Below are positions 31,888 through 42,288 of a stretch of DNA of 64,000 nucleotides, one piece after another. A model generated the notes under the pieces. It made no database searches. It had not been told where the DNA came from and saw nothing but the letters and a program-made list of their open reading frames with translations. This DNA comes from Spirochaetaceae bacterium (GTDB taxonomy: Bacteria; Spirochaetota; Spirochaetia; DSM-2461). Each line of letters opens with the position of its first letter. Position 1 is the first letter of the stretch. A program made the position numbers and the translations under genes. Location of the stretch: NCBI GenBank assembly GCA_051531975.1, contig JAOPTT010000006.1, positions 622,977 to 686,976 of the forward strand, read 5' to 3'.

Positions 31888-32703
31888 TTAATTATTAGGT
31901 TTATCTATAGAAAGATTCCAATTACAGCTTTTCTCAATCTTAGCAATGTTTTCAATCATTTTAAATAGGAAATCAGAAGTTACAGTTTCACTGCAACAAT
32001 CATCAAAATATCTACCACTTCTAATATTACCTACATTGATTTTGAATAAATAGGTGTAAAGTTCGGATATCAATCCAATTGTTTCATAAGGGACACAATA
32101 GTATAGCTTATCAATAACCTTAAGTTTATAATTATCGATACCATCAGAGTCTATATAGAAACACTCAAATAGATCAGTAGGACTCCTAACATCTAATCCT
32201 TTATATTGGATATAGTGTATTAAAAAGTCACTACATATACTAATAGCTAAATTGATCATATAGTTTCTTTTATTGTGCGTAAGGAGAGTATCGTAGTATT
32301 TAATACATCTTTGATTAAGTAGCTTTATCCCTGTAGGTATTAAGTCGATCAACTTCTTTTTAGTTAGAACAAAACTTTCATTGTTATATAAAGGTACTTC
32401 TTTAACCTTTTTACTAATATCCATCATTTTTAAACAGATTGATCTAGATAGTTTATGATCAGGACCAGTTGCGAAGTATAGAGTAACTTTATCGTTACTT
32501 TTAAAGCTGATACTTATTAGAGCTTCCCTATTATGAATCTTTAACTTGTAGTTAGCTTGAGAACCATTGTTTAGTTCTGTTTTGACATAGCTAGCACTCC
32601 TATCAAAACCTTTAAGTGCTCTATTCAAGATACTATCTATATCCTTCTTGTTAATATCGACATCTGTATATGATGTCTTCTTCTTGTTCCTACTATTGCT
32701 CAT
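31888..32703 (-). CDS. RnlA/LsoA-like toxin homologue, apparently lacking the HEPN RxxxxH
   Basis: N-terminus Y.DVDIN...I, ISISF.SNDKVTL...G....LS resembles the RnlA N-terminal domain; helical C-terminus without RxxxxH. Confidence 0.45.
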   Translation of the reverse strand: MSNSRNKKKTSYTDVDINKKDIDSILNRALKGFDRSASYVKTELNNGSQANYKLKIHNREALISISFKSNDKVTLYFATGPDHKLSRSICLKMMDISKKVKEVPLYNNESFVLTKKKLIDLIPTGIKLLNQRCIKYYDTLLTHNKRNYMINLAISICSDFLIHYIQYKGLDVRSPTDLFECFYIDSDGIDNYKLKVIDKLYYCVPYETIGLISELYTYLFKINVGNIRSGRYFDDCCSETVTSDFLFKMIENIAKIEKSCNWNLSIDKPNN

Positions 32704-32836
32704 AGTCCACTCTCCTATTTACAACATGTATATAGGATTTATAACTATAATTTGTGAACAAATACACTTACCCACTAATACAATACATCTAATATCTATA
32801 ACTCTATACTACTAATCTATACAAAGGTATTATTAG

Positions 32837-33117
32837 CTTGAATGTGTATTCATTCTTATTTTTAGAATTATCATTACTTTTATATTTACTACACATTCAA
32901 GCACATACTTGGTATAAGACTTATAATCATAATAGTTTCTATATAGTTGTTATAATACGTACACTAACGAGTTACTGCATCATTAAGGAGTAACTACTAT
33001 ACGATAAGGTATAGTTACTCCTTAATGATGCAGAATAGAGGAAATAGAACTATATCTTTATTTTTATATTTCTTGTTTTATTTATTCTTTTTATTAAAGT
33101 TCTATTACCTCTATTCT
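32837..33117. repeat. Cluster of three long inverted repeats (candidate dso/sso/oriT)
   Basis: GCTTGAATGTGTA/TACACATTCAAGC (32837-32902); CTGCATCATTAAGGAGTAA/TTACTCCTTAATGATGCAG (32975-33033); GAATAGAGGAAATAGAACT/AGTTCTATTACCTCTATTC (33033-33117). Confidence 0.8.
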
Positions 33118-33234
33118 TGTACGTATTAATTAATAGAGTCCATTTTTTTATTGATTATGTAAACCTTCCTAAAGATGATACAGTTTCTATGTACCACAAA
33201 CTGATTCAACCATTATTTTATATAAATATGGATA

Positions 33235-34065
33235 CTACACTCTCGATGCACCACACCCGGATTCAACCATTATCTTGTATAGATATGGGTGCAAAGCCTT
33301 GAACGAGCCAGAATCTATTATATGAAAATATTTACTTTTCAAATATTTCCTACTGTACTTAACAAGCATAGGTTTAATTTTCTTCTTAAACTCTGTTAAA
33401 TTATAGTTAAGGTCTCCCAGGGACATTTCTTTGAATTCCCTTTTTCGTAACAAATATTCAAATCTATATAAATGTTCATCACACTTAAAACCAAAATAAC
33501 GAAGCTTTTTAGTTCTATCATATATTTTAGCAAAGGATTTGTATTTCTCATGATTTTCAGGATTTCTATCATAAATATAAGTACTTTTTTCAGAATCATC
33601 TTTCAGCTTTCTATCCTTACTGTATATTGTCATTCCCAATTTATGAAAAAGAACATATCTAAATGGCCCATGAAATGGTACTGTATGAAAAAGGTACATG
33701 TTAGCTGGAAAATCGAATGCATATTCAAACTCAAAAACTGTTACATCTTTAACAAATTCTTCCCAATCCAAATCGCTTTTGAATAAAGGCTCATCTTGTT
33801 TCATATTTTCATCAATTGTATTCTTTATACAATCCAGTAGTCTGTACTCATAATCAAAGATATCATCGTGAAACACTACGTGAAAGTACTTCTCACAATA
33901 TTTTAAACAAGTAATATAGCTTTTGGTATCCCTATATTTTCGTGAAGCTTCCACAATTAAGTTAATATACTTTATAGGAATTCTTAAAGTAATCTTATCT
34001 ACAGATTCATACTTATTAATTTTACAATTATTATCAACATACTTAGGTAAACTATCTTTTCCCAT
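33235..34065 (-). CDS. Rep_trans-like (rolling-circle initiator / MOBT-type) protein
   Basis: VDKITL, FEFEYAFDF, TIYS, KIYDRTKK and RFEYLL occur in the expected motif order; AAGGAG RBS. Confidence 0.5.
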   Translation of the reverse strand: MGKDSLPKYVDNNCKINKYESVDKITLRIPIKYINLIVEASRKYRDTKSYITCLKYCEKYFHVVFHDDIFDYEYRLLDCIKNTIDENMKQDEPLFKSDLDWEEFVKDVTVFEFEYAFDFPANMYLFHTVPFHGPFRYVLFHKLGMTIYSKDRKLKDDSEKSTYIYDRNPENHEKYKSFAKIYDRTKKLRYFGFKCDEHLYRFEYLLRKREFKEMSLGDLNYNLTEFKKKIKPMLVKYSRKYLKSKYFHIIDSGSFKALHPYLYKIMVESGCGASRV

Positions 34066-34247
34066 AGTTAACTCCTTCTTTTTATATGTTTCTGCTTTAT
34101 ATATAAGAATAATAAGTGAGTGCAGAATTTTGCATTAGGGACATAGATTAAAAGAAGCTATTATTTCTATTAAGATTAATTTTATTTACCGTGAACGATA
34201 ATTATAGTATCATTTTATTATTAAAAATAGATTTAAAGGTAGTTAAA

Positions 34248-34434
34248 ATGCAACTAGGTTTTACAGGATTAAAAGAGAAACATAGAGCAAGTAGAGATAA
34301 CTGGACTTCAACTAATGCTCAAACAACTGGATTGAAAGTACACTGTGCCTTAGTTGGTTAAAATCAGCAGAAGAGTGACTACTAACACTGAAATAGGTCA
34401 TATCTATCAATGGATACCTTTTAACTCTTTATAT
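34248..34434 (+). pseudogene. N-terminal relic of a HEPN-domain gene
   Basis: MQLGFTGLKEKHRASRD...LKVHCAL, then frameshifted SWLKSAE and later WIPFNSLY; broken by frameshifts and stops. Confidence 0.5.
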
Positions 34435-34515
34435 TGTCAATAAAGTATACCTAATAGATGTGACTATTCTATTCGACTGAATAAGATACTATTTCGTCTG
34501 AACTCAATTGAAAGA

Positions 34516-35076
34516 CTATATAGCTATCATTTTGTAATTATCACTGAACTTATGCACAATTACATAATCCTGCAAATCACACAACGCAATTTCATTAAAA
34601 TCAATATAATTAAAATCGTTAAGAAAACCTTTCTTATTGGTAGTTTCAACAAATAGCGATATAAAACTTTTACTAGTTAAGTTATCTTTATTTAATTTTA
34701 AACATATTTTTAGGAATAGGTTTATATCATGGAATTTAGTATCTTTTATCGAATTTATTTTTAAACCTTTTAACAGCAATGTATAATACTCCATCAGTGA
34801 GTTATCTACCTGCTCTAGCTGCTTTTTCCCTAGTCCACGGTATCTACCATACACATCATTTAGAGAATCTTCTTTATTGATAATACTAATTATTTCATTC
34901 TCTTTTGTACTATTCAAAACTGTAACAATATTATTGATCCTAGTTGGACCAATCTTTATTTCTAGTACCGAACAAGTATTTATCACATCAGTACCATCAA
35001 TGTTCTTATTAAGTGATTTTAAGTGTTCTACTACAAGTGAATCATTAGTTAGAGTCTGTTCTCTAGTTTTACCCAT
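34516..35076 (-). CDS. Hypothetical protein, distant relative of 30349..31110
   Basis: 186-aa ORF; HTH-like IGPTRINNIVTVL segment. Confidence 0.55.
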   Translation of the reverse strand: MGKTREQTLTNDSLVVEHLKSLNKNIDGTDVINTCSVLEIKIGPTRINNIVTVLNSTKENEIISIINKEDSLNDVYGRYRGLGKKQLEQVDNSLMEYYTLLLKGLKINSIKDTKFHDINLFLKICLKLNKDNLTSKSFISLFVETTNKKGFLNDFNYIDFNEIALCDLQDYVIVHKFSDNYKMIAI

Positions 35077-35210
35077 AATAGAAAGCTATATAAAAAAAGG
35101 TTTTGTGTAAATAATGACTACCCTCTTTTGACAGTAATAAGATATTTACATATTAAGTTCTCAATTTATGTATTCTCAATAATATAATGTACATTGAAAC
35201 AATATGGAAT

Positions 35211-35505
35211 TAAGATGTAGGATCTAACGCTATAGCTATCTATGTGATCTTTAGATATCAATATACAGAAATAATTAACCATTTAACCTATAGATATACT
35301 CTTGTACTTTAGAGTTATGCAGTAGCACTGTTTATTGATGCTAAAAGGTAGAATTATCCTTCAATATTAACGATCTGATATTACAGTATATAACCAAATA
35401 TTGATTCCCGGGAAACAGTTATATATTATCAGTCAGTCCTTTAGTTGGAATGATATTTATACATCTTAACTTGATGTGATTCCAGCTATACATAATTTCA
35501 ATACA
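35211..35505. repeat. ~290-bp degenerate direct repeat, copy 1
   Basis: Shares TAAGATGTAGG, TTTATTGATGCT, ATTCCCGG.AAACAG, CAGTCAGT, TGATATTTATA and CTATACATA in the same order with 37897-38165. Confidence 0.75.
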
Positions 35506-35843
35506 ATGTGTTCATCAGATAGATCTAGAGGAACTATTTTGACTTTGTAATTAATATCTACGACTACAGGAGTTAGTGTTAACCAGGGAGTCTTATATCT
35601 ACACCTCTAAATCAAAAATAGCACTCTGAGGGGCTAACACTAAACGTGGAGATGTAGTATTAAAATCAAAAAAATCGACAATTTGATTGGTGCCGTATCA
35701 CGGTTTTAATGTGGAGATATTTCTATTCTTAAATTGTCGTCGACTTGTCGTTATGGTATGGTGTAAGTCACTTTGTATGGTTTAAGTAGCGAAAGATTTC
35801 CATAATAAGAATAAGCAGGGCTCATTCCCCTGTTTCTCATTAT

Positions 35844-36677
35844 TTATATAGTAACCTCTACCAGTTCCAATTCATATTTTCCATGTATTTTTTTAGTTTC
35901 TAAAAAGGTTATATCATCATTTCTATCTGATAATTTGCCTATAATATGTTTTTTTAAATCATATGGAACTTTTAAACCAAAAATTATTTGGCCTATACTT
36001 CCTTCAATTAAGTATACTTTTTTTGTTGGAATATTATGAAGTGGTAATATAATCCTATATTCCTCTTCATAGCTCCATAAAGAAGACTTAGAATAAAGAA
36101 TGTCTTTAACCTTACCTGAGTTATCTTTAAAGGGATTTAAAATATGTGGAACTAGATCATTTTTGGGATAATAAATAGCTTTTGCAATTAGACTTCCATT
36201 ATCTAACTCATGATTCTTTTTATTATGGACGGATGTGTTTGTTTTTACATTAATAGCTATGAGATCTTTTCTTACTTCTGACTTAATCCCTACGCAGATT
36301 CCAGTATGATTATATGCATAATGTGACCACATTAGAATATTCTTAGGGTCTTTCGATAAACATAAAACTCTAAAACCATCTGTTACCGCGGTTATGTTTT
36401 TTATAAATTTATCATAATTAAACGCCCCAATTCCAACTAGTTTAACACCATACTTTTCTTCATAGGGACTATTTTCAAAATACTCTATAGCTTCACTGGG
36501 TTTATAATGGGATTCAAAAACAAATTGAGAGTCGAAAGGATCATTAAAATCATTTGGATTAGAAAAATATAATTCTCCTTTAGTTATCAATGCATCAGTG
36601 AACTCATTAACTTTATAGTTGTTATCTTTATCTGTGGTAAATAATGGTCGATATTTATATAGATATTGGTCACTCAA
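35844..36677 (-). CDS. DUF2971-domain protein
   Basis: LYKYR, FNDPFD, LMWSHYA..H.GIC, KS..W.YEEEYR, IIFG. Confidence 0.85.
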   Translation of the reverse strand: MSDQYLYKYRPLFTTDKDNNYKVNEFTDALITKGELYFSNPNDFNDPFDSQFVFESHYKPSEAIEYFENSPYEEKYGVKLVGIGAFNYDKFIKNITAVTDGFRVLCLSKDPKNILMWSHYAYNHTGICVGIKSEVRKDLIAINVKTNTSVHNKKNHELDNGSLIAKAIYYPKNDLVPHILNPFKDNSGKVKDILYSKSSLWSYEEEYRIILPLHNIPTKKVYLIEGSIGQIIFGLKVPYDLKKHIIGKLSDRNDDITFLETKKIHGKYELELVEVTI

Positions 36678-36711
36678 AAAAACTCCTTTATTAAATTGCT
36701 AGTTTCAATAT

Positions 36712-37773
36712 TTACAACATCTTTAAGTATTTCTTATATACCCAACCGGAAACCGTGATTTCGTTTATATAATCAAAGAATGTTACATATATCCACTTTC
36801 CTTTTCTTTTTTCTAATAACACTTTTTGATTTGGGTGTAAAACTGTGATGATTTCATTTTTAGTCGAAGGTTTAGACCGTATGTTTACAGTTCTTGTCAC
36901 AATGTAAAAAGTTGCATCTTGATTTACTACACTATAGTAATCAACCATAAAATCAACTATCTTTGATTGAGATTTTTCAATCAAGGATAATTTTTCGAAA
37001 TTGACTTCTTGATTAGTATCGATCTTCTCTTCAAGTATCACTTGATTACTATCAATTTTATCTTCAAGTTCGGTACTTTCATATTGGCTGTATATAAAAA
37101 ATAAAATACTTAAAATTAAGCTAGTAATAGCAATAAATCCTTCTAAACTTACAATAGTGGGTTTGTTATTGGTTATATGCTTAATTATATTTTGTTGAAA
37201 TTGTTCAAGCCGAACTTCAATATCATCAGTAGAAGTACTTGATGGATCTAATATTTCAGCATTAGAAAAAGTTTCTTCCAAATTACTTTCTTCATATAAA
37301 TCAGAATTTGCTACAAACTGAGTAACAAAGTCAAATGTGTTAAACATGTTTCTATGAGTCTTAAGTTCATCTGAAATATGAGAAGTATCAAACATTGCCT
37401 TCTGGGCTTCAAAAGCAGCAGTTATATAAGAAGTATCAAACATAGCCTTCTGGGCTTCAAAAGCAGCAGTTATATAAGAAGTATCAAACATTGCCTTCTG
37501 GGCTTCAAAAGCAGCAGTTATATGAGATGTATCAAAAATATTCATCTGAGTCTTAAGTGCTTTAGTGATAAAAGAAGTATCAAAAATATTCATCTGAACC
37601 TTAAGTGCTTTAGTGATATAAGAAGTATCAAACATAGCCTTCTGGGCTTCAAAAGCAGCAGTTATATGAGATGTATCAAACATAGTTTTTTGTGCGTCAA
37701 TGACATTAAAAATATTACTATATTGATTAACATTTATTTTACTTGCTAATTTTGAAATTTGATCAATATTCAT
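36712..37773 (-). CDS. Membrane-anchored SH3b protein with N-terminal 16-aa repeats
   Basis: FDTSHITAAFEAQKAM repeats, TM helix, C-terminal VNIRSKPS...GKWIYV...SGWVYKKYL. Confidence 0.8.
   Translation of the reverse strand: MNIDQISKLASKINVNQYSNIFNVIDAQKTMFDTSHITAAFEAQKAMFDTSYITKALKVQMNIFDTSFITKALKTQMNIFDTSHITAAFEAQKAMFDTSYITAAFEAQKAMFDTSYITAAFEAQKAMFDTSHISDELKTHRNMFNTFDFVTQFVANSDLYEESNLEETFSNAEILDPSSTSTDDIEVRLEQFQQNIIKHITNNKPTIVSLEGFIAITSLILSILFFIYSQYESTELEDKIDSNQVILEEKIDTNQEVNFEKLSLIEKSQSKIVDFMVDYYSVVNQDATFYIVTRTVNIRSKPSTKNEIITVLHPNQKVLLEKRKGKWIYVTFFDYINEITVSGWVYKKYLKML
37378..37685. repeat. In-frame 48-bp tandem repeats (~6.5 units, two variants)
   Basis: GAAGTATCAAACAT.GCCTTCTGGGCTTCAAAAGCAGCAGTTATAT repeated, with two units of a variant type. 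Confidence 0.9.
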
Positions 37774-37896
37774 TATTTACCTCAATTAGATTTTAACACC
37801 TAAACTAATTGATTATCAATAACATATATATTAAATCTATTTACAATCAATTTACGTATCCATTAGATATTTAGGTTAATTAAGCTAATACAATGT

Positions 37897-38165
37897 TAAG
37901 ATGTAGGTTCTAATTATATAGCGATCTGTAGATATTGATCATTTGATCTGGACATAAATCTATAAACTGCAAAGTTAAGCAGTTACATAATTTATTGATG
38001 CTTAGATATAGGTAAAAACCGCAATGTGAATGATCTAATATTATAATACATACCTAAATATTAATTCCCGGTAAACAGCAATATCTTAACAGTCAGTTCA
38101 GCTATATTTGGTTGATATTTATAATCTTATCCTGATGTGGTTCTACTATACATATTATCAACACG
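37897..38165. repeat. ~270-bp degenerate direct repeat, copy 2
   Basis: Homologous to 35211-35505. Confidence 0.75.
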
Positions 38166-38303
38166 GAGTGATGTACAAATACTTCTATAATTACTATTAT
38201 TTCATTACAAAGATAATAAAAATGTAAGATATTAGAAGTAAATACTCTATTCTTTTTGTAGAGTAATTTATATATATTGCAGAAAACTTTTTTTTTCGTA
38301 AAA

Positions 38304-39014
38304 CTAATCAAATAATAGTGCTATTTTTTCTTCGTTCTCTTGTCTGAAAATATCATCAAGAATCTCTTGTCCATCAATTATATCATCAGGATCATTTTCT
38401 TCAAAAGTTATGACATCACTCTTTTGTTCATTATATACAATATTGATTATTTTTTTAGAAGTAAGTACTTTAAAATTTCTATCAAGTGGTTCCTTAATCA
38501 TTTTCTCGAGAATATCGATTAAATTTTTACAATTATCAGCTTTTATACCACTTAGCATTTTATCGATACCAGTTTTAAATTTGTTAATTTCAGTGCTAAT
38601 ATTATGGCAAGCTATTGAATATATTTGTGAATCACCAGCTGTAGACAATATAGCATTATTCATTTCAAATATACTTTTTTCCATTTGAGTTCTAATAATG
38701 GAAACTGTTTGTTCAATAAGGCTTTCACTGAATTCTCCAGTAAGATCACTTTCTATTCCAGTTTGTAATGGTTTAAGATCTTCAATTATCATGAGCCTTA
38801 ATAATGTTGTAGTTTTGATTATTGTTTGTGACACATTTTCAAGATCGTTTAATTCACTAAAAGCTTTACAAGAAACAATCCATCTATAAATAGGATTTAT
38901 CCTTTGAAGATAATAAACATAGGCACATCTACTTTCTATAGATATTTGATTCAGCTGTTTCTTATTAAGTTCAGGATTCTTAAATATAATCTGTAGTTTA
39001 TTTTTTTCTGACAA
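38304..39014 (-). CDS. Hypothetical protein
   Basis: 236-aa ORF, TTG start. Confidence 0.6.
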   Translation of the reverse strand: MSEKNKLQIIFKNPELNKKQLNQISIESRCAYVYYLQRINPIYRWIVSCKAFSELNDLENVSQTIIKTTTLLRLMIIEDLKPLQTGIESDLTGEFSESLIEQTVSIIRTQMEKSIFEMNNAILSTAGDSQIYSIACHNISTEINKFKTGIDKMLSGIKADNCKNLIDILEKMIKEPLDRNFKVLTSKKIINIVYNEQKSDVITFEENDPDDIIDGQEILDDIFRQENEEKIALLFD

Positions 39015-39475
39015 CGAGAGACCCCTATAAAAGCAATGATTAGGTTAATATTAACATTATGATAAAACTTTTATAAGAAAAATGAATACTTATTTATATT
39101 TTTCTTTAAAGAACTTCAAAATAAAATTAACGATAACTTTGAATCAAAAGAAATATAAATTGTTTTAATTTTCGTAAGAGATTTTATTTTCTTAGCAATA
39201 TGAACTTTCTGTATCCGATATATATATTTATAATCATCCATATAAGTCACTATTATCATATCTGTTAAATTACACTGATAAAATTTAATTATGTCTTCGG
39301 AAGTAATTATAAAAATACTAATTACAAATATTTTTGAATGAAAATGAATGCCGTCACACTTTTTAATTTTATCCATATCAAACTCAGTACGATAATTATT
39401 TACTTTGATATGTAGTACATTAAAAATATATTACTGGTTTTTATAACATTTAATATTATATAATATAATCACTTA

Positions 39476-41236
39476 TTGGAGCTTATAATGAAATATATTA
39501 AAAATGACAAATTAATAAATGATAAACTTAGTAAGGGTTTTGTTTATTTTATACAACGTATGGATGAACTCTTATTTAATTACTCACTCGCCACTTATAA
39601 ACCTATGGCACTTAATACTCCATCATTATGCGTAGAAGCTTTAAGAACAATTAAGGAAATAAAAAATAATAATATAAATGAAAAGAATATTGTACATATT
39701 CTTGATGAATTAAATGAAGTTTTAAAAGGTGATACTGCAGCAAAAAAACTTATATTGGCAGATGCCAATTTCTATACAAACTTTAACGAAAGCATAATTT
39801 TAGAAGATCTATCAGATAGGTTATCACTATTAGAACGAAGTCTAGATAGAGATAGATATACTAATAAAATAATAGAATTACTTTTAATAGCAATATCTAA
39901 TAGTAATATAAGTGATATTGATCATCTATCAAAAAACTTGATTACAGTTTATGAAAACCGAGGTGTAAGTAAAAGGTTTCTTTATCAAGAATTCTATTCA
40001 TTTTTCTTTACTGGAGACGAAATTGATAATGATTCATTTGCTAATGAGTTTTTTGAAAGATTAAAACCTATTGGGCATTTATTTTCAGTCTATTTTAAAG
40101 TTAGCAATGAGATTTTGAAATTTAAGGATTCATTTAAATACTTCAAAATTAATGTTGTGGATGAATCAGATGAAAAGCTAGATCCTTTATTAAAAGAAAA
40201 ATTATCAAATGTAATATTCAATCCTAAAAACGGATATTGTCTAATAAAAATTGATAAAATAAGAAGTTTTGATCCATTTACAGCTCGAGAGCAAGCAGAG
40301 AGAGAGTTAGAAACATTAAAGAATACATCACAATTGTATTATCACAATACGAGCTTCTATTGGACAAGAAAATCGATTGCTGTTCAAGATTGCTGTTCTT
40401 CAAAAATAATTATTGTTAATAGGAATATTAATCCTATGATCAGTGACACTATTTTCTCTCCTTCAGATGTTGTTAAGAAAACAAATTGGGTATTTAAAAA
40501 TATTTCTTTACAAGGAGAAAGTTTTTACAAATTTAATAGAGCTATAGAATTACATAGTAATTCTGTTCACAATTTACAGACTGAAAATCAACTAGTAAAC
40601 CTCTGGACAATCTTTGAAACTATAGTACCCACTCGAGACAACACAGCAAAGGTTAACAATATCATAAATGAAGTTATACCTATAATACTTTTCAAATATT
40701 ATTCTAAAATACTCGATAATCTATATAAAGATTTGAAAAGATGGAATAAAAGTACACTGCACTCTATCATAAGTACGATCACTGAAAATGGTTCAAACTT
40801 GGAAAAAATGGTAATCTTTTTATGTGATACAAAATATGATACTAAGTTGCAACAATTATATAGTGATCTAGATGATTTTCATCTTTTAAGGAGTAGAATA
40901 TTTAAAATAAGAGAATTTCTATTAGATAAAAATAAACTATTGAAAAATTTAAATAGGCATGAAAAAAATGTAGTATGGCAGATCCACAGAATATATCGTA
41001 CTAGAAACCTTATTGTACATTCGGGTGTTAAGGCAACTTATATTAATACTTTGATTTCAAATACTCATGACTATATTGATCAGATAATATTTGAAATTAT
41101 TAACTTGTCTACTTCAAGCTACCATGTCTATACTTTAAAACAAAGCTTTGGAATATCTAAATTAAAATACAAAGATTTGATAAAAACGATTGAAGGATCA
41201 AAATCATATAAGAGCTATTTTAAAAAATTAATATAG
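39476..41236 (+). CDS. Large HEPN-domain protein (ApeA-like candidate anti-phage RNase)
   Basis: C-terminal LVNLWTIFETI and RIYRTRNLIVHSG (RxxxxH). Confidence 0.7.
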   Translation: MELIMKYIKNDKLINDKLSKGFVYFIQRMDELLFNYSLATYKPMALNTPSLCVEALRTIKEIKNNNINEKNIVHILDELNEVLKGDTAAKKLILADANFYTNFNESIILEDLSDRLSLLERSLDRDRYTNKIIELLLIAISNSNISDIDHLSKNLITVYENRGVSKRFLYQEFYSFFFTGDEIDNDSFANEFFERLKPIGHLFSVYFKVSNEILKFKDSFKYFKINVVDESDEKLDPLLKEKLSNVIFNPKNGYCLIKIDKIRSFDPFTAREQAERELETLKNTSQLYYHNTSFYWTRKSIAVQDCCSSKIIIVNRNINPMISDTIFSPSDVVKKTNWVFKNISLQGESFYKFNRAIELHSNSVHNLQTENQLVNLWTIFETIVPTRDNTAKVNNIINEVIPIILFKYYSKILDNLYKDLKRWNKSTLHSIISTITENGSNLEKMVIFLCDTKYDTKLQQLYSDLDDFHLLRSRIFKIREFLLDKNKLLKNLNRHEKNVVWQIHRIYRTRNLIVHSGVKATYINTLISNTHDYIDQIIFEIINLSTSSYHVYTLKQSFGISKLKYKDLIKTIEGSKSYKSYFKKLI

Positions 41237-41879
41237 AGAATTACCAAATGCATCATTTTCAATAAAGAAACCTCAATTACTGGAATTTCCATCATTTGCA
41301 GTATAAGAGACAAATTTAATCTCAAATACTAGCTATCTAAAAGTAATGAAATGAAAAATTCTGGTTAGTGATAGTAATGATGTCCAAACTTAGCCATAGC
41401 TATCAGATTATTTAACATAAAAATGTAACGACCATAAACACCTAATTATATAGATAACCTAAAATATTCATCTGGTGTGACCAAAACCCAAAACTGTAAT
41501 CAAAAAAAATAGATAAGTGTAAAAAGGTTCTTGGAAAGTTCGTTTCGCTAAACACGGATATATTGACCTATGATCTGATGCTGTTGGAAATCACAGGATT
41601 ATGCAGTTGGAACCTACAATTGATATTATTAAAATATCCCGGTGTTATTTAGTATACAGCCAAACTCATATTTGATAATTACTTTATTACCATCAACTGG
41701 ACTAACAACAGTGCCAATGAGATAAATCTAAATATCAGATAAGCATTATTCAAGGTTGGTCAAAGATTATTTTTTGATGTGGATAAACTATTAAACATAA
41801 TTATAGATCTCTGTAGCTATTATCTAAGTAGGTACAGTATAAGAAATAAGAATCACTCGAGGTGGAGGGTTATTTTAAT

Positions 41880-42216
41880 TGTGAACAAAATTGTGAACAA
41901 AAAAAATACAAAACTGTACAAAAGCAGACAAACCCATATAAATCAAAATGTTTTAAATCCTTTTAATATATAAAGTTATACAAAACAGTACAAAGCTATA
42001 CAAATAATGATATCAGGTTCGATTCCCTCCACCTCCAAAAACAAGACTCTTGTAATTCTATATACAGAAAAGAATTACAAGAGTTTTTCTTTTGATACAT
42101 ATTCAAATGTAGCCAATACTGTAGCCAATACCTAAATAAAGATGGACTGAAACTGTATTTTAAGCAGTCTAGAGGCTAAAAAAAGTATAGGATTCTCAGT
42201 TCAACCCTCCACCTCT
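41880..42216 (+). repeat. att-like unit A (arm pair, phased motifs, tmRNA-3' core, terminator, second arm pair, secondary core)
   Basis: TGTGAACAA x2 (41880, 41892); GGTTCGATTCCCTCCACCTCCA (42016-42037); 14-bp IR (42046-42084); TGTAGCCAA x2 (42108, 42120); AACCCTCCACCTCT (42203-42216). Confidence 0.85.
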
Positions 42217-42288
42217 GAATTAATATAATTTATATTCTGCTATTTTGTGATCTGCAAATTCAAAAAGTTATAATTTAGTAGAAATAAG

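Larger units (their letters stand above)
1..42037. mobile_element. Right part of a large integrative element (ICE/prophage/satellite mosaic), probably ending at the first tmRNA-3'-like att core
   Basis: Contains ArdC, ParB, AAA_24, RadC, SSB, Xis-like HTH, D5 helicase, Rep-like gene and defence cargo. Att-like core at 42016-42037. Integrase and left end are not in the window. Confidence 0.6.

Noticed and set aside
39116..39376. 86-aa ORF
   Set aside because: Low-complexity AT-rich composition, no RBS or motif; not supportable.
1..42037. Intact prophage or conjugative element
   Set aside because: No capsid, terminase, tail, T4SS or integrase genes in the window.
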